This document shows positions 38,201 through 47,000 of a stretch of DNA of 64,000 nt, in pieces. This stretch comes from Squalus acanthias. Taxonomy: Eukaryota. The stretch lies in the NCBI GenBank assembly GCA_030390025.1, contig CM059425.1:15500001-15564000 (forward strand). The letters are read 5' to 3'. The notes beneath the pieces are model-generated. The model ran no database searches, was not told the origin of the DNA, and was given only the letters and a program-made list of their open reading frames with translations. A program made the position numbers and the translations under genes. The first letter of the stretch is position 1; each line of letters starts with the position of its first letter.

Positions 38201-38892
38201 TAGTGGGATTACATTAGCTATCCTCCAATCAATGGGAACTGTTCCAGAGTATATAGAATTTTGGAAGATGACCAGCAATGCATCTACTATTTCTAGGGCC
38301 ACTTCCTTAAGTACCCTAGGATGTAGATTATCAGGCCCTGGGGATTTATTAGCCTTCAATCCCGTCAATTTCCCTAACACCATTTCCCTACAAATACTGA
38401 TTTCATTCAATTCCTCCCTCTCATTAAACCCTATGTTCCCCGACATCTCTGGGAGGTTATTTGTGTCCTCCTTTGTGAAGATAGAACCAAAGTATGTATT
38501 TAATTCCCCTGATTCTGACTGCAAGGGACCTACGCTTGACTTCACCAATCTTTTTCTCTTCACATATCTATAGAAGCTTTTACAGTCAGTACCAATCTCA
38601 CGCTGCCCAGTACCAATCTCACAAGTGCCCTGTACCAATCTCACGCTGCCCTGTACGTCACCGGTGGGGTCCACGCACTGAGAAACACTAAACATGAATC
38701 CTTCCTGCATTGCAGGTTGTGAAGAGACTTCCCAAAACCCGCTCGGGGAAGATAATGCGCCGTGTCCTGAGGAAGATTGTGGAGAATAAAGTCGATGAGC
38801 TGGGTGACCTCACCACCCTCGATGATCACACGGCTGTGCAGGAAATTGTTGCTGGGCACAAGATGATCCTGGAAAAGGAAGCTAAAAATTAA
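11152..38892 (+). CDS. ACSS1: Acetyl-CoA synthetase short-chain family member 1-like (probably the ACSS1B paralogue); 3' nine coding exons, 5' exons not found in window
   Basis: Nine exons join in frame: [31 protein letters not shown]...[19 protein letters not shown]...GEPINSEAW...DTWWQTETGG...[10 protein letters not shown]...YFFTGDGA...[20 protein letters not shown]...[12 protein letters not shown]. These are diagnostic acetyl-CoA synthetase motifs; the [16 protein letters not shown] segment resembles ACSS1 rather than ACSS2. Confidence 0.95.
11385..11812 (+). mobile_element. tRNA-derived SINE, third family; interrupted minus-strand copy at 31815-32425
   Basis: B box GAGTTCAAATCCC; body AAAAACCCAACTGGTTCACT..GTCCTTT.AGGGAAGGAAACCTG; tail GGGATGGGCAATAA.TGCC.GCCTTGCCAGCG shared with the LINE at 33895. 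Confidence 0.7.
13021..13467 (-). mobile_element. Deu-domain SINE, full length
   Basis: Same family. Confidence 0.88.
14812..16111 (+). mobile_element. 5'-truncated CR1 LINE, abutting a short minus-strand CR1 tail (14690-14811)
   Basis: [38 protein letters not shown]; tail ACTCTATGACTCTATG. Confidence 0.92.
17130..17587 (+). mobile_element. Degenerate RTE-X-like non-LTR retrotransposon 3' end
   Basis: [22 protein letters not shown]...HKW...CDCG...QTMEHI (C-terminal zinc-knuckle region); (AAC)n tail. Confidence 0.7.
17672..17855. mobile_element. Palindromic MITE-like element
   Basis: Arms GGATTGGGTGCAAC..GGTTTTAC and GTAAAACC..GTTGCACCCAATCC around CCATTGAAGTCAGTGG; GGGG...CCCC ends. Confidence 0.6.
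17860..18252 (+). mobile_element. Old CR1 LINE 3' end with long 3' UTR
   Basis: VNLWNGLP...KLDRFL motif; tail CCCTATGTTCC. Confidence 0.6.
18600..19045 (-). mobile_element. Deu-domain SINE
   Basis: Same family. Confidence 0.85.
19356..19493 (+). CDS. ACSS1: ACSS1-like exon (~exon 7), 138 bp
   Basis: gtgtttag|GC...TCAG|gtcagt; (G)[45 protein letters not shown]. Confidence 0.95.
19935..21280 (-). mobile_element. CR1 LINE 3' fragment interrupted by an RTE insertion
   Basis: [13 protein letters not shown]...RRLRGDLI (20934-21185); CR1 3' UTR resumes at 19935-20113. Confidence 0.85.
20114..20865 (-). mobile_element. RTE-clade LINE 3' fragment with (GAA)n tail
   Basis: [21 protein letters not shown]...[11 protein letters not shown]...[21 protein letters not shown]...GGQRKR, the typical RTE C-terminus; 8-bp TSD CTGCCTCC. 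Confidence 0.9.
21385..21810 (-). mobile_element. Tx1/L1-superfamily LINE 3' fragment
   Basis: [19 protein letters not shown]...CLPLFRSF...LEREH...[10 protein letters not shown]-rich 3' UTR with hairpin GTGCCCCT...AGGGGCAC. Confidence 0.65.
22265..22357 (+). CDS. ACSS1: ACSS1-like exon (~exon 8), 93 bp
   Basis: ccttttcag|TT...ACAG|gtaaga; (V)[30 protein letters not shown]. Confidence 0.95.
22678..23387 (-). mobile_element. Deu-domain SINE (22760-23233) nested in another copy (22678-22759 plus 23234-23387)
   Basis: Host reads AAGTACTTTTTTTGAA before the insert and resumes TGTAGTCGCTGTTGTAATG after it. Confidence 0.8.
25550..25915 (-). mobile_element. Degenerate RTE-clade LINE fragment
   Basis: KIRWQDK...[22 protein letters not shown] resembles the RTE C-terminus at 20367-20813. 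Confidence 0.65.
26075..26468 (-). mobile_element. Deu-domain SINE
   Basis: Same family. Confidence 0.82.
27190..27628 (-). mobile_element. Deu-domain SINE (further fragments at 23888-24005, 28405-28617, 32220-32300)
   Basis: Same family. Confidence 0.82.
27929..28041 (+). CDS. ACSS1: ACSS1-like exon (~exon 9), 113 bp
   Basis: tttttcag|AG...CAG|gtaaca; (E)[37 protein letters not shown]. Confidence 0.95.
28887..29013 (+). CDS. ACSS1: ACSS1-like exon (~exon 10), 127 bp
   Basis: cctttccag|GGT...CCCA|gtaagt; [42 protein letters not shown]. Confidence 0.95.
29045..29500 (+). mobile_element. CR1 LINE 3' fragment just after the ACSS1-like exon at 28887-29013
   Basis: [25 protein letters not shown]...GDLIEMFK; tail TATGATTCTATGA. 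Confidence 0.85.
30961..31380 (-). mobile_element. L2-clade LINE 3' fragment
   Basis: [17 protein letters not shown]...[17 protein letters not shown]...SSFKT...YLFDQ; tail AAAGGCGCT..ATAAATGCAAA(TTG)n. Confidence 0.8.
31599..31726 (+). CDS. ACSS1: ACSS1-like exon (~exon 11), 128 bp
   Basis: ttttgcag|AC...GTG|gtaagt; (N)[42 protein letters not shown]. Confidence 0.95.
32951..33014 (+). CDS. ACSS1: ACSS1-like exon (~exon 12), 64 bp
   Basis: ctttcag|AAT...GAAG|gtaaga; [21 protein letters not shown]; phase 0 in and phase 1 out, matching neighbours. Confidence 0.9.
33657..33778 (+). CDS. ACSS1: ACSS1-like exon (~exon 13), 122 bp
   Basis: ctcttcccag|GG...CAG|gtaatg; (G)[40 protein letters not shown]. 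Confidence 0.93.
33895..34512 (-). mobile_element. CR1-group non-LTR retrotransposon 3' fragment (second family); short tails of the same family near 1070, 32065 and 39325
   Basis: [17 protein letters not shown]...[12 protein letters not shown]...SLHHRR; tail GGGCAATAAATGCTGGCCTTGCCAGCGACGCCCACATCCCATGAACGAATAA. Confidence 0.75.
34978..35400 (+). mobile_element. Deu-domain SINE (only + copy inside the ACSS1-like gene)
   Basis: GTGTCGGCCGTGACTCAGTGGGTAGCAC head through GAAAGGTGCTATAT tail. Confidence 0.85.
36300..38655. repeat. 21-bp minisatellite (36300-36764 and 38589-38655) split by a CR1 LINE
   Basis: Unit GTACCGATCTCACGCTGCCCT on both sides of the LINE. Confidence 0.9.
36765..38588 (-). 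mobile_element. 5'-truncated CR1 LINE (RT domain to 3' tail)
   Basis: ORF 36857-~38585 with [25 protein letters not shown] and LVRPHLEYC; tail CTATGTTTCTATGT. Confidence 0.93.
38716..38892 (+). CDS. ACSS1: ACSS1-like terminal coding exon
   Basis: cattgcag|GTT...[61 protein letters not shown]; carries the A10 PKTRSGK motif with the catalytic, acetylation-regulated lysine. Confidence 0.95.
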   Translation, partial: VVKRLPKTRSGKIMRRVLRKIVENKVDELGDLTTLDDHTAVQEIVAGHKMILEKEAKN

Positions 38893-40106
38893 CCGGGAGA
38901 CGACATGCCGGGTTTTAAATAAAGGAGAGACTGGTTTTATTTTTATAAAATTAAATTCAAACTCAACACATTACGACAAAATGACTTCTCGTTCTTATCA
39001 ACCATCAGTGCTGGAATCTGAAATCGTGAACGCTCTATTTCTTTGTACGACTCCTAAGCAATTAATCAACCTGCAGCACTCTCCATCATGGCTCATATGC
39101 GAAGAATGGCCACATCGGAGAGGTAGCTGTGGACACCCGACACCCACAGACCAGAGGAGTGAGACAGCAGAAAGAACTGGGGAAAGGGGTGATGGCTCAG
39201 GTGTTCCAAGGGCGCAGGAGCGTGAATTGCTGAGGCACAGCATGTTACCGTGACAATGCATTGTGCTCGGCCGTGGGCAGTACCTGGGCCCACACTGACT
39301 ATTTAAAAAAAAAAATTAAATTAGTTTTTATGGGTTGTGGGCGTTGCTGGCAAGGCCAGCATTTATTGCCCATCCCTAATTGCCCAAGAAGGTGGTGGTG
39401 AGCTGCCTTCTTGAACCGCTGCAGTCCGTGTGGTGAGCTCACACATTGTTCGTTAAGTAATTGTGTGTGAGTTGTCCAACGTGGAGATCAGCTGCTTCGC
39501 GGTTGGAAGATATTGGGGAGGACTTTGGGCTAAATTTGGGGAAGTGGCCCCTCCGGCCAACTCTTGTGTACTTGAGAGAGAGAAAGGGACTTGTTTAGCA
39601 CTTCAGCATTCCCCATGAATCTCAACACCATCCTCCAAACTGTATTTTTCTACAAGATTTTTTGCACGCTTCGTTTTTTTTTCCAAAATAGAAAGTTAAA
39701 GGAGATGCGTGTCACAATTAAAAAAAATCAGGAAAACTTCACTGACTGAATGTTGAGAAACAGCTTAAACCTGAACACCCAGATTATAAAAGCACAGACC
39801 CTGCTCCCTTTGGCTCACCCTGCAGTTGGGCTATCCTGGCATGTAGCTCGTACAGAACTGCAGCCATAACATTTACTTAAAAAAAATACAGCATTTATAA
39901 AGTGGCCTAAAAATAATTGGCACCAATGGAAATGTGAAGGGCAAGCATTGCAGTGACTGCCTCAGTGAGACCTTAGGCCTTATTTCTAGCACACAGCTCC
40001 TTGAATGTTGGCTAAATTTATTCATCCATTACAAAGTTTCTACTGGACACAAGTGTCAAACCTCTCCCTGAATATCCGTGAACTGAAGAGAACTGTTTCT
40101 ACTGTA

Positions 40107-40112
40107 AATAAA
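40107..40112 (+). promoter_or_regulatory. Candidate polyadenylation signal of the ACSS1-like gene (another AATAAA at 38918-38923)
   Basis: AATAAA in ctgtaAATAAAacagg with a T/G-rich stretch downstream, about 1.2 kb after the stop; no transcript evidence. Confidence 0.35.
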
Positions 40113-40182
40113 ACAGGGTTTCTTAAACCGACTTGTTTTGCGGATGATTTCACTCTCAGCTTGATTAAACCCACAGAAATGG

Positions 40183-40550
40183 GCCCCCCCACCCCCAGGC
40201 TCACTCCCCCCCCCACCCCAGGCTCACTCCCCCCCCCCCCCCCAGGCTCACTCTCCCCCCCCCCCCCCCCCCCCCCAGGCTCACTCCCCCCCCCCCCCCC
40301 CCCCAGGCTCACTCCCCCCCCCCCCCCCCCCCCCCCAGGCTCACTCCCCCCCCCCCCCCCCCCCCCCCAGGCTCACTCCCCCCCCCCCCCCCCCAGGCTC
40401 ACTCCCCCCCCCCCCCCCCCAGGCTCACTCCCCCCCCCCCCTCCCCCCCCCAGGCTCACTCCCCCCCTCCCCCCCCCCCCCCCCCCCCCCGGCTCACTCC
40501 CCCCCTCCCCCCCCCCCCGGCTCACTCCCCCCCTCCCCCCCCCCCCCCCC
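40183..40550. repeat. GGCTCACT(C)n tandem repeat with variable poly-C tracts
   Basis: About 13 GGCTCACT cores separated by C runs. Confidence 0.9.
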
Positions 40551-42482
40551 AAGCGATGGGCTCCCTCCGCTACCCCCCCAGCAATGGGGTCACTCTCTTC
40601 CCCACAAGCAGTGAAGTCACTACCCCACCCCACCCATTACAACTTTCTATTAGGTTTCCTGCTCTCAGCAGCTGATTGCAACAGCGGAGGAGTGAGTGAG
40701 TGAGTGAGTGAGTGTGAGTGAGTGGGTGGGTGGGTGGGTGGGTGGACGGACACGGTGCCTCTGGGATTTGGTTCCAGCACAGTTCAGGAGTGGGGTTTCC
40801 TTTCATACCAGAACTCGCCTCGCCCGTGCGGTGGAGAGTTGGGCCACCTGGTCCCCATACCGAGAGCATAAATATGAGCTCCACAGTGAGCTATTTGTTC
40901 CCAGATTTTGCTCTCTATTTCCTATATTTTAACCAACTTCTTAACCAGGATTCCCATGGTTTAATTAAAAGTCTTTCATGTGGAACTTTGTCAAAGACAC
41001 AAAAGACAAAATCTTCAATAAGACACTGAACAAGGCTGATACTGTGATTTGTTAATGATTTTTAAAATTATTTATAGTGTTTAACATGATTAGGAGATTC
41101 AGTGACAGGTATTTTGATAAACATTAAGAAATGTCATGATGTATAGTCTCTCCCTGGAGTCGGGATCAGAATGCCAGCAACCTCTATTTTAATTTACTCC
41201 AGGTTCCCCTCCCTTACCTCTTCCCTCCTGAAGCTGGTGACTCAATCAGGGGCCACCCTCCAGTACCTCTGCCAAGTGGCCATTCTTTAGGCGAGAGCCT
41301 GGACTGTGAGTGTTGGCAGAGCGGTCAACTGTGGCGAGATCGCAGCCATGCCCGATTCAATCCTAATCCGAGAACCACACGAACGCATTTTCCTGCGCAG
41401 GTCACTGGACAGGAGTCAGGAACAAGAACTCCGGCTGGTTTCTCTCCCCCCCCCCCCCCCGTTAGCCCAGGGACGCTGTGCCCAATTGTAGCTCATCCCC
41501 AGCTGGGGTCGGGTTAACTCTGCATAGCTTAAAGCTCGGAAGCTGCGGCCATGCTCTATATGGCGGTCTCACCACCCACAGAGGCACTGGGGAAGCTCGT
41601 GAGCAGCAGTTCAGAGTGGCCTGTCCAACCCACTGCTTCCCCATTATTTGTAACACCTGTACAACTCACAATAAATTCAGAAATCAGAGTCACACTTCAG
41701 AAAAACCTTCACTAAATTAGACATTAAACTCAGAGTAACTGATAGGATTTACAGGAATGTCAGTGACAGAGCAGGATGTGTCGTTCTGAAGTTGGTGAGG
41801 GGGGTCAGGGCATATCGTTGGCACAGAGCAGAGGGGCCTTTACTTTACATTTAATCAGAGCTTTTTCTGTTACTGTGGAGGAAAAGCAGAAAAACTGCTT
41901 CATTATCAAGCCTCACCTTGAGAAGCTCAAATATTCAGCAAACATAATTTGGAGACATTCTTTCGTTAAACATCAGTATTTTATAGGCATGAAATATTGC
42001 CTGGTAGCCCACAATAGATAAAGTCCATCTACATATTGCATTTCAATTCAATCATTACTTTCTCTCGATTCACAGCTATTTTTTCTCAACTGCTTCTCAT
42101 TACTCTGGCCAGAGCATTCGTAAGGGTCAAGGATGGGGAAAAGCCATTTGGCCCATTGATACCTGTCCCTCTAGCACCCTGCTTCTCTTTAAATGCCCCA
42201 TACGTCTTTCATTCCACTACATTACAAAGGCTCATCACTCATTCAATAAAGACATCTTTACTAAGATCTGTTTTAAATTTACTTCAAATTTCTGTCTTCT
42301 GATCCCAGTGGCCTGACGTACCTGGAGGTAATATTGTGGGCTCACTTTATCTATACCCATTAGTACTTCATGTACCTCAAGGAGGTCCCTCTGGAGCTCT
42401 GCAGAATGTAGAGCTTGCATTTCTCCAATCTTTCCTCACAGCTCATCTCTTTTGCACATGGGATCGTTCAGTGGGCCTTAAT

Positions 42483-42848
42483 TTAGGCTCGAGGAACAGC
42501 ACCTCATCTTCCGATTAGGCACTTTACAGCCTTCTGGACTCAACATTGAGTTCAACAATTTCAGACTATAACCCGTCCCCATTTTTTCAGGCGGCAGCTG
42601 TTGATGATTCTGCCATCCCCATTTGCAACATTTAATCTCTCCTGCCTTCCATTCTAGCACAGACCGTCCCTTTTGTTCCTTCCTCCTCTCCCCCTTTCCC
42701 TGCCTCTGCACTTGCTTAAAACCTGTTACATCCCTAACTTTTTCCACTTCTGACGAAGGGTCACAGACCTGAAACGTTAACTCGGTTTCTCTCTCCACGG
42801 ATGCTGCCTGGCCTGCTGAGTGTTTCCAGCATTTTCTGTTGTTATTTC
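42483..42848 (+). mobile_element. Penelope-like element 3' end (GIY-YIG C-terminus plus pseudo-LTR)
   Basis: LEEQHLIFRLGTLQPSGLNIEFNNFRL*, then CTGACGAAGGGTCACAGACCTGAAACGTT...GATGCTGCCTGGCCTGCTGAG. Confidence 0.8.
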
Positions 42849-43936
42849 TTAATTTAGGTCACTTGGATTGGCATAACATTTCCCCACTCCGCCCCCACTC
42901 ATGGAGTTACAGATAAAACATGGCATGTGCCCTTGTCCAGACTGTGAGTTATGTCCTCAACAGTGCTGTGGTTTAATGAAGCCATTGCTCCCAGTTATAT
43001 AATCCTCTGAGACACCACAATGGCGCCACTGTAATGGACAGCAATAAACCCAGAATGCAGAGAAATGCAATGGAAGACCTTTGGTATCTGGGTGACATCA
43101 CAGACTGTGGCCCACGATGCTCAGTTGTAGAGGATGCTCCATCTTGCTCACTAACACACCGAAATAGCTCAGTCTGGTCTCGTGGATGCCGCAATGATTT
43201 AAATGTTACCCAGCCGCATTCAAGAGAAAATTCATTTTTTTTCAAAAGTTAATGAAGATATTCGTGTCAATGGAGCTTTTTGTATTCTCTGTGTATTTCA
43301 GTAAAATACTCAAAAGTAGTTTCCTTCCCCCACCCCGCAATGGCTTGGTTGGATAAAGACAGTGAGTAACTGAACCGTACAGACCAGAGGTCCCAGGTTC
43401 GATTCCCCGGTCGGCGTCCAGTTGGCTGGTCCTAACGGAGATGGCACAGGAGGAGGGGGTAGAGAATGAAACCAACTATGGTTTAACAAAAGTTCTTTAC
43501 AGCAATCAGAATACTTTATCATTAAAAAATATTAAGTGGTAATTGGTTTAAAAAACAAATTCCAGCAGTTGGATAGAATCATTACCAGCAGACATACTAA
43601 GAACAACTGGCCTTGGTTATTAGACTATAAATTCACACGGTATTGCCTTTCAAAGCTACAGAACACACCCTGGACGTGTTGTAGTGTCCATGTCCCACGG
43701 CCACACTCACTCGTTCTGTAGCCACCCGTACATTATTTTGTCCTAAAGTCATCAAAAGTAGCCAAAATATTTAAAACCTTCCTCAAGAAAATCAAAAACA
43801 TGAGGAGAGGGAAACATGAGGTAGAGTTTAACAACCTGGCCACACTGGTGACCATCCCTAGGTTCCATTTCTTGATGTGCAGCTTGCGGGCACGTGGCAG
43901 CAGGTGGACGGAGTGTGAGCACAGCCCCAGAATCTT

Positions 43937-44008
43937 TCACCCGCGTTGCGGGATTTTAGTCAGCTCCCATTTCCCGCCTCCAAATAGAATCAACACGGAG
44001 TCATGATG
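43937..44008 (-). CDS. ABCD4: ABCD4 terminal coding exon
   Basis: ccctgggcag|CAT...[26 protein letters not shown]. Confidence 0.9.
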   Translation of the reverse strand, partial: HHDSVLILFGGGKWELTKIPQRG

Positions 44009-47000
44009 CTGCCCAGGGAAAGAGAGAGACAAAAGCAAACATTAACTTACATGATGAAGCATAAATGGATCATTTTCTTGATCTTAGAACATGTGTTGCC
44101 AGGACATTACAAATTAAAGAATCATCGCTTTAATATTCCCCCCACCCCCAACAAGTTATCTCCCACAACTCCTCAAGCTGCTAACTCGTGATGGGGCATG
44201 TGCTCCAATGGCCACCAAGCTGGTACCAAGCAGCCGCACTTCACACGCGTGTCTCTGGACAATGAAGGCCGGTAGACGATTTATTCACCAGTTGCTCATG
44301 TACTTCCAACAGGCGTCACTGGACAGAATCCCCCGGCATACTCAATCCTCGCCACCACCACAGAATGGGAGTGCTGAGGCAAACCACCAGGTGGGGATTA
44401 GCCAACTCAGAACCTACCAGGGATTGAACCCGAGACCTCCCTGGTCTGTACGGTCGAATGTCACATCAAGCAGTACATTTACTCACCGAGTCCTTTAAGA
44501 AATCCCCCTCATTTCCTGTTAATCCTCGGGGAGGGGAGGAACCTTTTAGTTTAAACAGAGCTGTAACGTCATCGTGGAGGGTGGGGGCAGAAGGAGAATC
44601 GACATGGGGGAACTACTGAGCTGGACTGCGAGCTGGAACTGAATGAACGCACCACTGAAATGAGCTCATCCCTGAAACAGCGCTGCTTCTGCCCAACAAC
44701 CCAGCTTCTCCACTCTGCATTTATTAATATATATCCACAGTAACCTCCCCCCAAACGTTTTGATTCTGACCCAGAAATACGACATAATCCTCGTTCCTCC
44801 TCCCCCCCCCCCCCCCAAACAGAGTTCAATAAAAAGGATAGAGTCCAACATTGAAGTAGCCTTGTTTGCCTCCCACCTTCTCCAAGCTGCTGCGGTGCCC
44901 CACACTGACGACAGTCATCCCCAGCTGTTTACAGGTGTGGTACAGCTCTCCTTCCGCCTCCTCCGTCAGTGCACTTGTAGCTTCATCTAATACTGGGGAG
45001 AAAGAAGTCCGGGAATCAGAAGCTTGCAGAGTTTAATTCAAAGTCTGGAAGGGGAAGCTGGGCTGGAATATGCAGTGGGTCGTCATGCTGTCCTTTCATC
45101 TGTGGAACTTTTATCCAATCCAACCCATGATGGAATTTGCATAGAATTTACAGCCCAGAAACAGGCCATTCGGCCCCACTGGTCCGTGCCGGTGTTCATG
45201 CTCCACACGAGCCTCCTCCCACCCCTCCTCATCGCACCCTATCTGCGTATCCTTCTGTATCTTTCTCCCTCGTGTACTTATCTAGCTTCCCCTTCAAGTC
45301 TTCTTTGTTATTTGCCTCAACTACTCCATGTGGTAGCAAGTTCTCTCTCTCTCAACCGAATTCCTTGTGAACACTAGTCCACAGCATAAGAGACACAGAC
45401 CAGCGCTGTCTACACTGGCTATCGCACTTAGACAGCTCCGTACGAATGGCTGGTGTGTAAAATGGGAATAGCACGATGGTGCCTTCTTCGGCAGGTGGGG
45501 TTGAAATACATTGCAGACACAGTGTAGAACGAGCTTCGTCCCACATCTGGCTCAAGGAAATGTGTAATCACTGTGTATCTTAGATCACAGGTTTGGGTTC
45601 ATTGAAATTGTGAGAAATGGGAATTGTTGCCGTCCTATGACTGTCCTATGACTGCAACAATTCCCATTTCACAAAATTTCAATGAACCAAAACCTTTTCC
45701 ATTATGTCTCACTGTACAGAATTCCAATGTTCCAGACCCCACCCATTCTTTCCAATCTAGTTATCCTGTACTCACTGTTCACGGTGTCGTCTCCTCTACA
45801 TGTGGCAGACCAAACAACGATTAGGTGACCACATTGCCCAATGCTTCCATTCTGTCTGCAAATGTGACCCTGAGCTGCCTGTGGCTCACCACTAACTCCC
45901 CCTTTCCATTGCCATTCAAGACGTCTCCCATCTTCGGCCTCCTTAACTGTTGCAACCAGGCTCGATGAAAGCTTCAGGATCAGTAAGCTCATCTTCCTCC
46001 CCGACACCCTGCATCCCTCTTCTCTGAGCACTGCTTTTGGCAACTTCAGACCTTAGCTACGTCCTCCATTTGTTTTACAGCAGTGGTAATGGAGAGGGGG
46101 GGGGGGGGGGGGTTGGGTCCACTGGCACATTCTGGGACTGTGAGGTTTGGAGTGTGCGAAGGACCATGATCAAAGCCAGTCGACGCAAGCTTTCAGGGTG
46201 GGCGAGAGAGGTCTCCAGCCCAAGGCTGGCCTGTGGTCCTGATATCAAATACCACCGACGGACGGACAGACGGATCCAGCTTCTGGGGGCTGAGAGAACA
46301 CAAACCTGCGTATTTAGGCTGGTGATAGAAGAGCCGAGTGAAGGAGAGCCTCTGCATTTCTCCCGGCGACAACGCATCATACCTGGAGAGGAAGAACACG
46401 AGCAGGCCGATCAGATCTGGAAGGTTCTTTTACTACACCCCATAGAAGGAAAGAATTACAGGAACAACGGTGTTTTGACCAAATTTCTTCCAGGACATCA
46501 TGTACAACCTACCCAGTCATAAATTCTACCTAATCCTCACTCAGTTTCCAAGCACAGCTAAAACCCTCGAAGGTGTTGAACCTCTGTGAAATGTCTCCCT
46601 GTCCTTCAAAGGTCATTCAGCAAAAACCTCCAGGACATCCCTCAAATCGCACAACACACACTGTTCAACTCTGACCAGCAACATTACACGGGATTCTTTT
46701 CCCCAGTTCCACAGTGTCGCCATTCATAGAAGGCTCTGCAAGTTTGTCCAATAAACATCTCCCTGACAGACCAGCAAGGTACCAGGCTCGACCCCCAGCT
46801 TCAGGCTGAGTTAGCGGATCTCGGCCAGGATGATAGCGGGGCTGCTACAATTAGCCTCAGCACCCTGGGTCAAGGAAGGGGGAAAATAAGACAGAATTCC
46901 TGCTGCTGGTCACTACCCGGTAACATCTGCTGTGAGTGCGAGGGCGTGGACATTGGGTGAGCAAACGATTCACGGTGATGACTCGCTGGTGTAAAGCTCG

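Noticed and set aside
36857..38710. 617-aa RT ORF as an active or domesticated gene
   Set aside because: 5'-truncated CR1 without an endonuclease domain, with small deletions; the N-terminus is borrowed from flanking minisatellite.
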